Positions 10,631 to 20,771 of a stretch of 64,000 nucleotides of DNA are shown here, piece after piece; positions within the stretch are counted from its first letter, which is position 1; the number at the start of each line of letters is the position of its first letter. This stretch comes from an uncultured archaeon (GTDB taxonomy: Archaea > Asgardarchaeota > Thorarchaeia > Thorarchaeales > Thorarchaeaceae): positions 1-64,000 of the forward strand of contig CAZSWP010000013.1 of the NCBI GenBank assembly GCA_964610875.1, in the 5' to 3' direction. A model generated the notes under the pieces. That model was not told the DNA's origin and searched no databases. It saw only the letters and a list, made by a program, of their open reading frames with translations. Made by a program: the position numbers and the translations under genes.

Positions 10631-10839
10631 TCTAGTGCCTCCATCTCCTGTTCTCGCTCAACTGTATGGATTCTAGCAATGGCCCTCTTTACAGCACGTA
10701 GTTTGTATGGGTTTTCCGTGCCTCCACCAGTAGCAAGCTCAATCCTGATAGATGACAACTCATCATAGAGCTCCGCCAATTTCTTCTTGCGTTCTGTTGG
10801 ATTCAGTTCTCTGATGTCCTTAGCTGTAAGTCGCGCCAT
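10627..10839 (-). CDS. rpl29: 50S ribosomal protein uL29
   Basis: AKDIREL, ENPYKLRAVKRAIARIHT. Confidence 0.95.
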   Translation of the reverse strand: MARLTAKDIRELNPTERKKKLAELYDELSSIRIELATGGGTENPYKLRAVKRAIARIHTVEREQEMEALE

Positions 10840-11769
10840 TTACTCTTCGCCTCCTTCATCAGATGATTCAAGTTCCTCCAAAGCATCTAGTTCCTCTAGT
10901 TCTTTCAAATCCTCAGCAGTGGTCTCTTCTAAAGTCGCTGAGTCAACTTTCTCATCTTTCTCTTCAGGTTCAGGAGTGCTCTCCTCTTCGGGAGTTTCAT
11001 CATCTGCTTCTTCTACATCTTCTATCAATTCTAAACCGTCAAGTTCTTCCAGCTCTTTGAGTTCTTCAATGTCAGTGATGCCTTCAAGACTCTCATCGAC
11101 TACTTCTTCATCTTCTTCATCTTCTTTTTCAGGAGCTTCAGTAAGAACTACTGGTTCTTTTACTTTCTTTACCTTGGGTTGTTTCACATGAACAACGCCA
11201 GGTAGTTTTGCATCCGGAGCCATAATTCGGACTTTTACTCCAATTACTCCCGGTTTTAGTACTGCCTTATCATCAGCTTCATCAACAAATAATTTTGCAG
11301 GCTCACCAGTCTTGGCGATTGTGCCTTGTCTAAACTTCTGATATCGAGCTCTTCTGCTTGACAGCTTTCCTTTTACAATAATTTCACAACCGATTGCACC
11401 AGCACGCATAATCCGCCTGAGAATCCAATAAGCCATTCTTCTGAATCGAACACCTCGCTCCAGCTGTCTTGCAAGACGAGATGCCATGACTTGTGCATTA
11501 AGCCAAGGATTTTCAATCTCAGCAACTTCAACTTGGACATTATCTATTTGAAATTCATTTTCTAAGATATAGGTGAGCTCGCGTATTTTTGATCCGCGAC
11601 GACCAATAACGACACCAGGTCTTGATGCATGAATAACGACTTCCGTGCGCATTGGCATTTTTCGGATCTCAACACCACCATAACCCGCTGAGTTGAGTTC
11701 CTTAGCTAAGAACTCGTCAATTGTGAGCTTTCGTGTGTTTTGCTCAATAAAATACTTGATTGCAGACAT
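10840..11769 (-). CDS. rps3: 30S ribosomal protein uS3 with long acidic tail
   Basis: RPGVVIGRRGSKIREL, GCEIIVKGKL, GVIGVKVRI. Confidence 0.96.
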   Translation of the reverse strand: MSAIKYFIEQNTRKLTIDEFLAKELNSAGYGGVEIRKMPMRTEVVIHASRPGVVIGRRGSKIRELTYILENEFQIDNVQVEVAEIENPWLNAQVMASRLARQLERGVRFRRMAYWILRRIMRAGAIGCEIIVKGKLSSRRARYQKFRQGTIAKTGEPAKLFVDEADDKAVLKPGVIGVKVRIMAPDAKLPGVVHVKQPKVKKVKEPVVLTEAPEKEDEEDEEVVDESLEGITDIEELKELEELDGLELIEDVEEADDETPEEESTPEPEEKDEKVDSATLEETTAEDLKELEELDALEELESSDEGGEE

Positions 11770-12233
11770 TATGCCACCTCTTCTAGTACTATCTCAACAT
11801 GGGATGTATTCTCAAAGTAGGGCGAGCTTCTTCCAAAAGCTCGTTCAATGAACTTCTTGTAAGTACGTCCTCTCTGGGCTGCTGCATGAACAACTCTTAA
11901 CCTGTCGATGTCCAAACCCTTGTTGTCAGCATTCGCTTCTGCATTTCGAAGTATCTGCAGGATGTGCTTTGAAGCTTTAACAGGGTGACCACCTGATGGG
12001 AACTTCTTCATTCCAGGATGATGGCCTCGTTTCTTCTTATGCCGACGATAAGGAATCCAAGCCTTCTTCTCAACAACTGCTTCGAGTAGGTCAATGGCCT
12101 TGTCTAGCATCATGCCTCGAATCTCATTACAGACCTCACGGCAGTGCTTAGGGGAACAGCGCATATTTCTCCCACTAGCAATAGATGTCCTGTCCGGGTC
12201 AAGTCCTATTATGCTGTATCTATATGATGGCAT
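11769..12233 (-). CDS. rpl22: 50S ribosomal protein uL22
   Basis: SPKHCREVC, NAEANADNKGLD, RAFGRSSP. Confidence 0.96.
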   Translation of the reverse strand: MPSYRYSIIGLDPDRTSIASGRNMRCSPKHCREVCNEIRGMMLDKAIDLLEAVVEKKAWIPYRRHKKKRGHHPGMKKFPSGGHPVKASKHILQILRNAEANADNKGLDIDRLRVVHAAAQRGRTYKKFIERAFGRSSPYFENTSHVEIVLEEVA

Positions 12234-12457
12234 ATTGCCTCACTTCCGACTCTGTCTTTGAAACAGACTTCGTTTCACCACTGTCATGGTGAGTAATCTA
12301 GTGATACACCCTCGACAATCACTCCAGAGATCTCCGGCATACGTTTACAAGCGGTTCTCGCGAGCAGAACTAGGATGCCTGTACTGCTTCCTTCGTTTCT
12401 GAAACAATCATCTTTCAGAGAGCGACATCCGACTGCCCGAGAGAGTTTACATTTAAA
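12234..12457 (-). promoter_or_regulatory. TATA box and structured ~190-nt 5' leader of the r-protein operon
   Basis: TTTAAATG at 12457-12450; several stems and two GAAACGAAG copies before the uL22 ATG. Confidence 0.55.
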
Positions 12458-12483
12458 CATTGTGAAAGACCAAAAATGAGGAA

Positions 12484-12873
12484 TCATGGATTATTTCCAA
12501 ATTCAGCCGTAATGCGTTTGAGAGCAGGTGTACTCACTGCTTTCTCAATAAAAGTAACTCCTTTCTCTGTGAGAGTCCCCTTGAGGTAATGAACTCCTGC
12601 AGACTGGAGATAGAGGAACTTCTGTTTCTGTAATTTCCGCAGACTCCCAAGTACAATTTGAGTCAGTTCGTCATCTGTAATGGCAACTGTTGCACCAGCT
12701 GTCTGCATCAGATGACTCATTTTCAAGATGTTCTTGATTGAACTCAATTGACGCCGATTACTATCATACGGATTCGAATAGAGCCAAAGGAGAATTATCA
12801 TATCGACTAGTTCTAATTCGGTATCTGGATGCCTCTCAAGTGCTTTCTGTGCAACTAGCTCTACGATTGGCAT
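12484..12873 (-). CDS. Hypothetical protein (possible winged helix)
   Basis: 129-aa ORF with LTEKG motif. Confidence 0.7.
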   Translation of the reverse strand: MPIVELVAQKALERHPDTELELVDMIILLWLYSNPYDSNRRQLSSIKNILKMSHLMQTAGATVAITDDELTQIVLGSLRKLQKQKFLYLQSAGVHYLKGTLTEKGVTFIEKAVSTPALKRITAEFGNNP

Positions 12874-12922
12874 CTTTCTTCATTATCCTATCTGTCTGAT
12901 TGCTATTGAATGAATCGAAATC

Positions 12923-13636
12923 TCATATTAGTTCAATTCTGCCATGACATGGTTCATATACATCTCCTTTCCGTAAGAGTTTCTCAAGAGTACTCTCAAC
13001 AGAAATTCTATTTACCCCCTCAGAGGAAAAATAAGCAATCATGTCTTTCAACTCGGCTCCACCACCACATTGGCGTAGATATCTAAGAAGGACATCTGAC
13101 ACATCCTGCTTGTTACCTGACTCTTTCTTTTTCTTGATTGTGACAGGAACAAGCCGAACCGTCCATGGACGAGGGAAGATAATGGTACCAACATTTGCTA
13201 ATCCAGTGAGCTGCTTTTCAACCCATGCCCAATCGAGCCCATATTTTTTACTTAATGTTTCAAGTCTATCAAGAGTGCAGGGTTTAGTTTTTGCTTCCTT
13301 TTCAAGGAGCGCCATCAGTCGGTTTATCTTACCTGACGGAAGACCATCTAAATCACTGTCAACGATATCCTTGGATGCAATGCGATCATCGGGCATCAGA
13401 GATAGAATCCTATCTTTCGACCTCTTGACAGCCTCATCGAATTCATCCCCTCCCCGAGCTGCATTGAACTGCTTCACTGCAGCAGAAGCTTGTTCAGGGG
13501 AGTCATACAATGCTGATGCGGCTTTTGTGATGTCTATGATTGTTCCACAATAACTACACTTTCGTCTTTTTTGACCTGCTGGAGCATTAGTGAAGTTTCT
13601 ACACTGCGAACACATGAAAACTAAATACGGCTTCAA
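12923..13636 (-). CDS. DUF1922-like zinc-ribbon protein with C-terminal winged-helix-like region
   Basis: YLVFMCSQC...KCSYCG; C-terminal LEKLLRKGDVYEP; start placed at TTG after an SD-like GCAGGTGG. Confidence 0.65.
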   Translation of the reverse strand: MKPYLVFMCSQCRNFTNAPAGQKRRKCSYCGTIIDITKAASALYDSPEQASAAVKQFNAARGGDEFDEAVKRSKDRILSLMPDDRIASKDIVDSDLDGLPSGKINRLMALLEKEAKTKPCTLDRLETLSKKYGLDWAWVEKQLTGLANVGTIIFPRPWTVRLVPVTIKKKKESGNKQDVSDVLLRYLRQCGGGAELKDMIAYFSSEGVNRISVESTLEKLLRKGDVYEPCHGRIELI

Positions 13637-13763
13637 TGAACCACCTGCTTCTATATTTGAATCATTCATTATCCTATATAACTTACAACTTTGTCTGTGA
13701 AACAGTGACAAATGAATATCGTTATATCTTGTTTCCAAAAAGCGCAGAATGGTGATGGCAGGA

Positions 13764-13985
13764 ATGCCAAAGAAAGCCAAAGCAATAGTCATTGATTCAA
13801 AGCTATGCAAAGGGTGCCACATCTGTATCTCTGTATGTCCACATAATGCCATCGAGAAATCAGAAGAGGTTGATAACAGGGGATTCTATTTGCCTACCGT
13901 GAGAAACCTGGAAGCATGCAGAGTCTGTCGTTTATGTGAAATGCATTGTCCCGATTTTGCCATTGTGATTGTGGAAGAAGAATAA
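13764..13985 (+). CDS. 2x[4Fe-4S] ferredoxin (2-oxoacid oxidoreductase delta-like)
   Basis: CKGCHICISVCP and CRVCRLCEMHCPDFAI. Confidence 0.9.
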   Translation: MPKKAKAIVIDSKLCKGCHICISVCPHNAIEKSEEVDNRGFYLPTVRNLEACRVCRLCEMHCPDFAIVIVEEE

Positions 13986-14065
13986 ACCTATGATATTTTA
14001 TAACACAAGCACCGATATACTTTGAAGAACTTAATCTAATGCTAGTTTAGAATAGGTGTCAAGAG

Positions 14066-14632
14066 ATGGCGAATCCAAAAATCCCAATCTTATTAGAATT
14101 GAGGGAGGAAATCGAAAACGAGATCACTCAACTCAAGACAAGAATTCAGAAACTTGAGGAGTTTATTGATGCCCTAAATTCAGTTATCACTCAGGGTAGT
14201 TTTGCTACTGCAGATTCTGCCCTAGCTGCCTCAAGAGCTGAAGAAACTATAGAACCAACTGTAGAGGAAGAACCAGATGAGCTGCGTAGTGTTGTTCTCA
14301 TGAACAAAGCACGCGATCTTGAATTAGCCACACTTGAGATTACTCAACAAGAGATTAGAGCAATCCCCGCCCCACATTCCATCTATGATATCAAACGGGG
14401 TGCTTTCGCAAGATTCTTCGTAGAACGTATTTTAGGTAAATTCCAAGAAGAGGACCGTCATAGCGTAGAAAATGATGAACTCACATGGGATGATGCCTTT
14501 GACTTCGAAGTTCGTTCTGAGGATGGGATTTTGGAAGAGATTGTAATCAAGAACTACCGTACGGATGACCGACTTGGAGAGATCGAACGAGCCTTAAGAT
14601 GGGCCTTAGAGAAGACATATAGGGCAAGATAG
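14066..14632 (+). CDS. Hypothetical protein with N-terminal coiled coil
   Basis: 188-aa ORF with SD-like AGGTG and heptad pattern. Confidence 0.75.
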   Translation: MANPKIPILLELREEIENEITQLKTRIQKLEEFIDALNSVITQGSFATADSALAASRAEETIEPTVEEEPDELRSVVLMNKARDLELATLEITQQEIRAIPAPHSIYDIKRGAFARFFVERILGKFQEEDRHSVENDELTWDDAFDFEVRSEDGILEEIVIKNYRTDDRLGEIERALRWALEKTYRAR

Positions 14633-14733
14633 ACTACGCGCGAATCAGAGTAGGTACTCACCCTTGTTTCCTATGCAGATATAAGGAAAGAATTTTCCTT
14701 AGGATATACCTGTTGTTCGGTGGAGAATAATTC

Positions 14734-15348
14734 ATGGAGTTTGTTGAAGATCACAGGAGAATGGCTGTTAGCTCACAGGTCTTGGTCGATACTGTAAGAG
14801 ATGCTCATGAGTTCTTCAAAGAGAACAGGATTGATGAGAGCTTTGAGCATATCGCTCTTGATCTTATCAGAAGATACGTTTCTCAAGAAGGAGAACCAAG
14901 AGAAGTAGAATCGCTATTTGGTGCAGCTTTGTTCATTGTGAGCCGGCATCCTTGGAGCCACCCAAACCCGTTAACAAAGAATGAATTTGCATCAAGACTC
15001 AGAATGAAAGAATCCAGTCTCGAATGGTACACTGATAGTATCGCTGAAAAGCTGGGCTTTCTTGTCTTGCACGACCGAACCCAACTACCATTCTATGTTG
15101 ATCCTCAAGGAACTATCGCTAGTGTTGTGATATCAGTAGTCAGAGGATCGGTCGGTGAAGAAGTAGTGAAGAGCATTGTTACTGGAAGTATGATTCCAAC
15201 CAATATACTATGTGATAGAATAGTAGATAGGTTATGCAATGTTGTGAAGATTGTACCTACTGCTTTCGAACAGGAACTCTACTCAATCATTGAAAAGAAG
15301 ATAGAGGAGGAGAGTTCACGTCTCCTAAACCAAATAGATGCTAGATGA
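14734..15348 (+). CDS. Hypothetical protein, possible cyclin/TFIIB-like fold
   Basis: GAALFIVSR...PLTKNEFASRLRMKESSL resembles a TFB repeat. Confidence 0.6.
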   Translation: MEFVEDHRRMAVSSQVLVDTVRDAHEFFKENRIDESFEHIALDLIRRYVSQEGEPREVESLFGAALFIVSRHPWSHPNPLTKNEFASRLRMKESSLEWYTDSIAEKLGFLVLHDRTQLPFYVDPQGTIASVVISVVRGSVGEEVVKSIVTGSMIPTNILCDRIVDRLCNVVKIVPTAFEQELYSIIEKKIEEESSRLLNQIDAR

Positions 15349-15355
15349 GGATGTA

Positions 15356-15664
15356 CTAGGAGTTCTCTGGTTGAAGTATTACTTCTTCAATCAACTCTTT
15401 TCCTGCAACTACTTGGTCGATGGAATGGACAACCGCCCCAGCCTGCTCCAATACAGCCTTAATAGAGTCATAAGACATGTTATCACCCTCCAGAGTAATT
15501 GTGATTGATTCAGTATTAGCATCTACCTCTTTAACGGAGATATTCACACTGTCAACTTTAGTATCACGAGCAATCATTATTGCAAGGTCTGGTATTCTTG
15601 GAGTGTGAGGTTTCAAAACGTCTAGCACTAATCTTCGAATGCCATTAGGCAACTTACTTACCAT
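15356..15664 (-). CDS. DUF211 family protein
   Basis: IRRLVLDVLKPH...GAVVHSIDQVVAG. Confidence 0.9.
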   Translation of the reverse strand: MVSKLPNGIRRLVLDVLKPHTPRIPDLAIMIARDTKVDSVNISVKEVDANTESITITLEGDNMSYDSIKAVLEQAGAVVHSIDQVVAGKELIEEVILQPENS

Positions 15665-15891
15665 ACTCCATATAGGCTGAACGCCATATTATTTCTTGGG
15701 GTTTGAAAGGACATTATATTGTTAAAGCTTCCTGAATGGACTTTGAGAGAATATTATTGCCCGAAGCCTTATAATAAAAGAAACCTTTCGGAAGTATAAT
15801 ACTCTGTTGCACAGAGATTGTTGCCGGGAAAAAAAAGGACGGGACGCTAGAGTTGAAACAAGACAGACTTACCCGCCATACAAAAGACGGT

Positions 15892-16167
15892 ATGGCAAAT
15901 CCATCATTTTCTGAGGTTTCAATAGATAAGGAGAGAGAGAGCTTATCCACTTTGACTATCGATATCGATCTTGCGGATTTTAAGACGCATCCATTATGGA
16001 GTATTCTAGTTGAAACTACTCGAAGAAGCCCTCTATACCCAGGGCTTGTAGGATATATCCGAGAGAATATTATGCCAAATAATCCTAATATATCGCCCAG
16101 AGAATTAGCCAGCAAATTGTCTATTTCAATAGGAGAAGCCCTTGTCATACTAGACTCTCTAAAATAG
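15892..16167 (+). CDS. Hypothetical protein with C-terminal HTH-like segment
   Basis: ISPRELASKLSISIGEA. Confidence 0.6.
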   Translation: MANPSFSEVSIDKERESLSTLTIDIDLADFKTHPLWSILVETTRRSPLYPGLVGYIRENIMPNNPNISPRELASKLSISIGEALVILDSLK

Positions 16168-16227
16168 CTCACTCATGAGTAGCTTTATCCCTCTTCTATC
16201 AATTGTTGTTCTCAGTTGGGATGTGCC

Positions 16228-17310
16228 ATGGGTAACCGACAGAAGAGCTTCAGGTCAGCTAAACTTGCTAAGGGCATAATCAAAGAAATACGCGATTTAG
16301 TCCAAGATAAGAACATGAGAATAGTTCATGTTTGTGGAACTCATGAAGACACCATTACTACTCATGGACTTCGCACATTATTACCTTCAGAGATAGAACT
16401 TGTTGCAGGACCAGGATGTCCAGTATGTGTCTGTGCAGCAGAAGATGTTGATATGGCAATCGAACTGGCAAAACAAGGTTATATCATCACAACATTTGGA
16501 GATATGGTACGAGTCCCATCAACTTCATCTTCCCTTATTAAAGAGAGAGGAAATGGTGCAGATGTAAGAGTGGTCTATGGTGTAAATGATGCGATAGAAA
16601 TTGCAAAAGAAAACCCAGACAAAGAAGTTGTGTTCATTGGAGTTGGTTTTGAAACAACAGCACCAACCATGGCCGTAGAAATTTCAAAGGAGCCTCCTGA
16701 TAATTTTTCAATCCTGACCTCTTTGAAGGTGATTCCCCCTGCTATGGAGCTACTTGTAAATATTGATGGTTTTGCGGTGGATGGGTTCATTACACCAGGA
16801 CATGTAAGCGCGATTATTGGTACCAAGGTCTACAATCCAATTGCAGAAAAACACAAAGTACCTTGTGTAGCAGCAGGCTTTGAGCCACTAGATGTGCTTG
16901 AAGCCATTAGGATGATATTATTGCAACGAAAAGAGGGGCGTGTGGAATCCGAAAATGAGTACACAAGAGTAGTGAAACCGGATGGGAATCCTGCAGCTCA
17001 GAGGATAATCGACCAGGTTTTTGAGATTGCGGATGCTCCATGGAGAGGCCTTGGAATCATCCCAAAATCTGGCCTCTATATTCGAGAGAAATATGCTAGC
17101 CATGATGCAAGAAAACGATTTACTTTCCCACCTATTGAATCTGTAGATATACTTCCAGGTTGTAAGTGTCATGAAGTCATCTTAGGTATATCAAATCCAC
17201 GTGACTGTGCACTATTTGGAAAAAGATGTACTCCAGAAGATCCATATGGGCCTTGTATGGTTGGACACGAAGGCACGTGCAGAATCAGACATGAAAATGT
17301 AGAACTATAG
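16228..17310 (+). CDS. hypD: Hydrogenase maturation protein HypD
   Basis: VCGTH, GPGCPVCV, GFETTAP, PGHVS, GPCMVGHEGTC. Confidence 0.96.
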   Translation: MGNRQKSFRSAKLAKGIIKEIRDLVQDKNMRIVHVCGTHEDTITTHGLRTLLPSEIELVAGPGCPVCVCAAEDVDMAIELAKQGYIITTFGDMVRVPSTSSSLIKERGNGADVRVVYGVNDAIEIAKENPDKEVVFIGVGFETTAPTMAVEISKEPPDNFSILTSLKVIPPAMELLVNIDGFAVDGFITPGHVSAIIGTKVYNPIAEKHKVPCVAAGFEPLDVLEAIRMILLQRKEGRVESENEYTRVVKPDGNPAAQRIIDQVFEIADAPWRGLGIIPKSGLYIREKYASHDARKRFTFPPIESVDILPGCKCHEVILGISNPRDCALFGKRCTPEDPYGPCMVGHEGTCRIRHENVEL

Positions 17311-17316
17311 TTCAGA

Positions 17317-17949
17317 CTACCTATTATTACGAGTATTTTGCTCTATTCTTCTCATGTCTTCTGGTGTATTCAAATTCGTAAATGATTCTAGATTTTCATC
17401 AAACTGTTTCAAGACTTCAGTGGAAATGTATAGAACATTAGGTAGAAACTCAAGTAAATCACGCATTCTTCGCTTCCCGGATTCAAGACACTGTAGTCCT
17501 TTGGAATACGCTAGCTCGGTTCGATATACTGAATGCAGTGGTTCAATGTATCCGTTTGGCCAAGAGGGTACGATTGCAGAATGACCGGGAGATAACTCGA
17601 TGAGTGTTCTGAACAAATCATACTTTGCTAAAGGAGAATCAACAGGAAGCAGAAGTGTATATTCACGGTCAGTAAATTCGAATGCGGTAACTGCTCCATT
17701 CAGAGCGCTTCTTTCTGATTCATCTGGGTCAACAACAATTTCCATATTTTCAGCATAGGGTTTCAAAATGTCAATCTGTTCATCTCTTCCCACAGCTATA
17801 ATGACACGATCTGATAATCTGCGTGCAAACTCAATCATATGTGTGACAAGGAGTTTCCCATGAAATTCAACCAATGCCTTGTCCATACCGTATCGAGATG
17901 AATTACCCCCGGCAAGAATGGCAATGGCAATATCTTTTGTTTTCATCAT
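17317..17949 (-). CDS. mobA: Molybdenum cofactor guanylyltransferase
   Basis: ILAGGNSSRYGMDKAL, EPLHSVY, NLNTPED. Confidence 0.92.
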   Translation of the reverse strand: MMKTKDIAIAILAGGNSSRYGMDKALVEFHGKLLVTHMIEFARRLSDRVIIAVGRDEQIDILKPYAENMEIVVDPDESERSALNGAVTAFEFTDREYTLLLPVDSPLAKYDLFRTLIELSPGHSAIVPSWPNGYIEPLHSVYRTELAYSKGLQCLESGKRRMRDLLEFLPNVLYISTEVLKQFDENLESFTNLNTPEDMRRIEQNTRNNR

Positions 17950-18188
17950 TCAACACTCGGTAATAAGTGACTAACTGATTTTTCCTAATTGCGATGTTGT
18001 TCCAAGTACTATTACTCGGAGCTGATGGATTATATTATACATTCTATGATGCGTGTGTATATCTCTTATTGTAAAACATGTCATTATATGTTTCAACATC
18101 TTCATTCTGATAATTTTAATTGCCACGAGTATTGAGCAAGGTGTAGCAGTCGAAGAATTAGAAGTAGAACAGTTCTAACTCAATCATA

Positions 18189-18851
18189 TTACTTGGAGAG
18201 AACAAATCGTTCTTCATCTTGGGAACTAAGATATTCATTGCATATCTTCCAAAGTGTTGACGCGAGTTCTTCTGCAGATGGACTTGCATCTATGATATGG
18301 GTATTCTTTAGAACATCTTTCAATCTATGAAAAATGGTGCGTACTTTTCGTTGATAATCCAGAATCTCGAAGAAATTAGGTGCCCCATGTTCTCTGTTAT
18401 TTATCCTACTCAGTCCTACTTCAGCAGGTAGATCGAGAATCAAAACTAAATCGGGTTCAGGAGCAAAGGAATTCATCTTAATGATTTTTGTTGGTTCAAT
18501 TCCCAATGCACCTTGATATGCGGCATTAGAGATATAATATCGGTCAAGTACAACTACTTGACCACGGTTAAGCGCAGGAAGAATGTTTTCCTTTACGTCT
18601 AATTTACGATCCTCTATGAAATAATGTAATTCTTCTTCTGGGGAAACGGATCTTCCCTTAGCAAAGAGCTCACGAATTTTCATGCCCCAAACACTTCGTG
18701 TGGGTTCGTGTAGATGAACAGGGTCATAGCCACTCTCACGTAGTTTTGTAACAAGCATCTGAGCCTGTGTTGTTTTTCCAGTGCCATCAATACCCTCTAA
18801 CACAATCAGGACGCCCTTGTTATCGATACGTTCAATTCCCAAATCGACCAT
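18189..18851 (-). CDS. tmk: Thymidylate kinase
   Basis: EGIDGTGKTTQ, HEPT, LDRYYISNAAYQG. Confidence 0.95.
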   Translation of the reverse strand: MVDLGIERIDNKGVLIVLEGIDGTGKTTQAQMLVTKLRESGYDPVHLHEPTRSVWGMKIRELFAKGRSVSPEEELHYFIEDRKLDVKENILPALNRGQVVVLDRYYISNAAYQGALGIEPTKIIKMNSFAPEPDLVLILDLPAEVGLSRINNREHGAPNFFEILDYQRKVRTIFHRLKDVLKNTHIIDASPSAEELASTLWKICNEYLSSQDEERFVLSK

Positions 18852-19030
18852 TCGTATACCTTCTACTCTTTGTCCAGAATTGTGTCAAGCTCAAGCATTG
18901 AGGTGTCCATATTAAGAATTCTGTGAATTGTATTTAGTATCCACATAGAAAACCAACGAAGACAAATATTCACTCGAAATGCTTTTGAAGAAACCGCTAA
19001 ATGGCGTAAAAAACCTCAGAGAGAGTAGAG

Positions 19031-19378
19031 ATGACAAAGATATCGGTAGTACTGAAAGCTGAACCATATAGTGATGAAACTGCATACACTGGATTGAAAT
19101 TTGCTAAGACAGCACTTGCAGAAGGACATGAAGTGGACATGTTCCTTTTACAAGGTGCTATATTCGTAGCACTGAAAAAACAAGACCCGAGCCATCTAGT
19201 GAATCACTACAAGCTTCTTGGTGAGATTATTGATGGTGGAGGGAGGGTTTTATGCTGTGGAAGCTGTACAAAAGCTCGTGGTGTTACTAAAGAGATGCTT
19301 CATGAGGAAGTGGGAATAGGAACCATGCCAATGCTTGTAGAAATAGTGACAAATTCAGAAAGAGTGGTAAACTTTTGA
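19031..19378 (+). CDS. DsrE/DsrF-like sulfur relay protein
   Basis: PYSDETAYTGL, CCGSCTKARG. Confidence 0.85.
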   Translation: MTKISVVLKAEPYSDETAYTGLKFAKTALAEGHEVDMFLLQGAIFVALKKQDPSHLVNHYKLLGEIIDGGGRVLCCGSCTKARGVTKEMLHEEVGIGTMPMLVEIVTNSERVVNF

Positions 19379-19434
19379 GATGGGAGACTTTCTTAATATG
19401 AGACTTATACCCATACCTAGATGAGGTCAGTAAT

Positions 19435-20100
19435 TTGGTAGTATCAATTCGTTGGTTAGGTCATGCAAGTTTTCAGATAAAGAGTAGCTCCGAAAATATC
19501 TACATAGATCCATATAGAACAAAGGAGCTTGTCAAACGAGTCCCAGATGTGTCAGAAGAAGGAACGATTATTCTAACATCACACGGTCATAATGATCATT
19601 GTCATCCATCCTCAATAGAAGAGCTAAAGGGACCAGATACAGTTCTTGTAGGTCCGAAGGTCTGTGCTGAAAAGCTCGGTGATGAATTACGAGAACTTAA
19701 TCCAGGAGATGAAACCAAGATACGAGATGTTGTCATTAAAGCGGTATATGCATACAATGTGAAGCGATTTAGGTCTCCGGAAAATCCATTCCATCCAAAA
19801 GGAGAAGGTGTCGGGTTCATCATCAAGGTCGATGGAAAGACAATCTATCATGCAGGAGATACTGATGTAATTCCCGAGATGAATGAATTAGAGGGGATTG
19901 ATGTTGCACTCCTGCCATGTGGTGACACCTATACCATGGATAACAAAGACGCAGTGGAAGCAGCTAGCATCTTCAAACCAAATATAGTAATCCCAATGCA
20001 TACCTGGGATAAAGGTGTAGATGAAATGGCAAAGGGCATCAATAATCTTGAGGGCGTAAAGTTCGTGGCACTCAAAGAAGGGGAACATTACGAACTCTAA
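19435..20100 (+). CDS. MBL-fold metallohydrolase
   Basis: WLGHASF, SHGHNDH, YHAGDTD, IPMH. Confidence 0.9.
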   Translation: MVVSIRWLGHASFQIKSSSENIYIDPYRTKELVKRVPDVSEEGTIILTSHGHNDHCHPSSIEELKGPDTVLVGPKVCAEKLGDELRELNPGDETKIRDVVIKAVYAYNVKRFRSPENPFHPKGEGVGFIIKVDGKTIYHAGDTDVIPEMNELEGIDVALLPCGDTYTMDNKDAVEAASIFKPNIVIPMHTWDKGVDEMAKGINNLEGVKFVALKEGEHYEL

Positions 20101-20136
20101 TGTGATTACCAATAGGCAGGTTTTGAAAATAGATTC

Positions 20137-20496
20137 CTACTGAGGCCATTTGATATATTCAGTCCCTGACTCATTGCCGGAGAATATGTATGTTATATTG
20201 TAGATTGTATGACCACAATCCTCACATTCGTAGGTGTTCATAGTTATGCCCATACCTTTTGCACCCATGAATCCATGAGTCTGAGCGAATTCTTCAGGAT
20301 TATCAATCTTGATCTCATTGACACCTTTCCATCTGAGGGTACCCTCGCATTTTGGGCATAATGCTGGTTCATCAGCACGAGGATTCAACTCGAGAATGCA
20401 GGTTCTTTCATCGTTGGCTGGGAGAATCTTAGTACCTCTTGCCCTTGGCATAAGTTCTCTTCGGATATAATCATAGGTGATACGTTTTGCCATCAT
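20137..20496 (-). CDS. Hypothetical zinc-ribbon protein
   Basis: CPKC...CEDC. Confidence 0.65.
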   Translation of the reverse strand: MMAKRITYDYIRRELMPRARGTKILPANDERTCILELNPRADEPALCPKCEGTLRWKGVNEIKIDNPEEFAQTHGFMGAKGMGITMNTYECEDCGHTIYNITYIFSGNESGTEYIKWPQ

Positions 20497-20771
20497 TAGG
20501 TCTCCAAGTGAAGCTAGAAGCAGGATGGATAGCTCACATACCCTTGTCCATCTGCAATCTATTAAAATTCGTCGATTTGTGAGTTTAAGACCATCGAATA
20601 ATTAGAACACGTGTTCTAAATTTTTGCTCGACCTGAAACAAAATTTGTCCTATAAATGTCAAATCAACAGAATTGAGAGAAATCCGATTTGAATCATCAT
20701 GAAATTATAGAAAGAACCGTTATTATTACGTGTGAAAACGATAATATCACATAGTGCATTCCAATTCTTTT

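Noticed and set aside
669-11191. Plus-strand ORFs over secY and the r-protein cluster
   Set aside because: These are antisense shadows of well-supported minus-strand genes.
12284-12487. 67-aa ORF upstream of uL22
   Set aside because: It spans the TATA box and leader stems and has no protein-like features.
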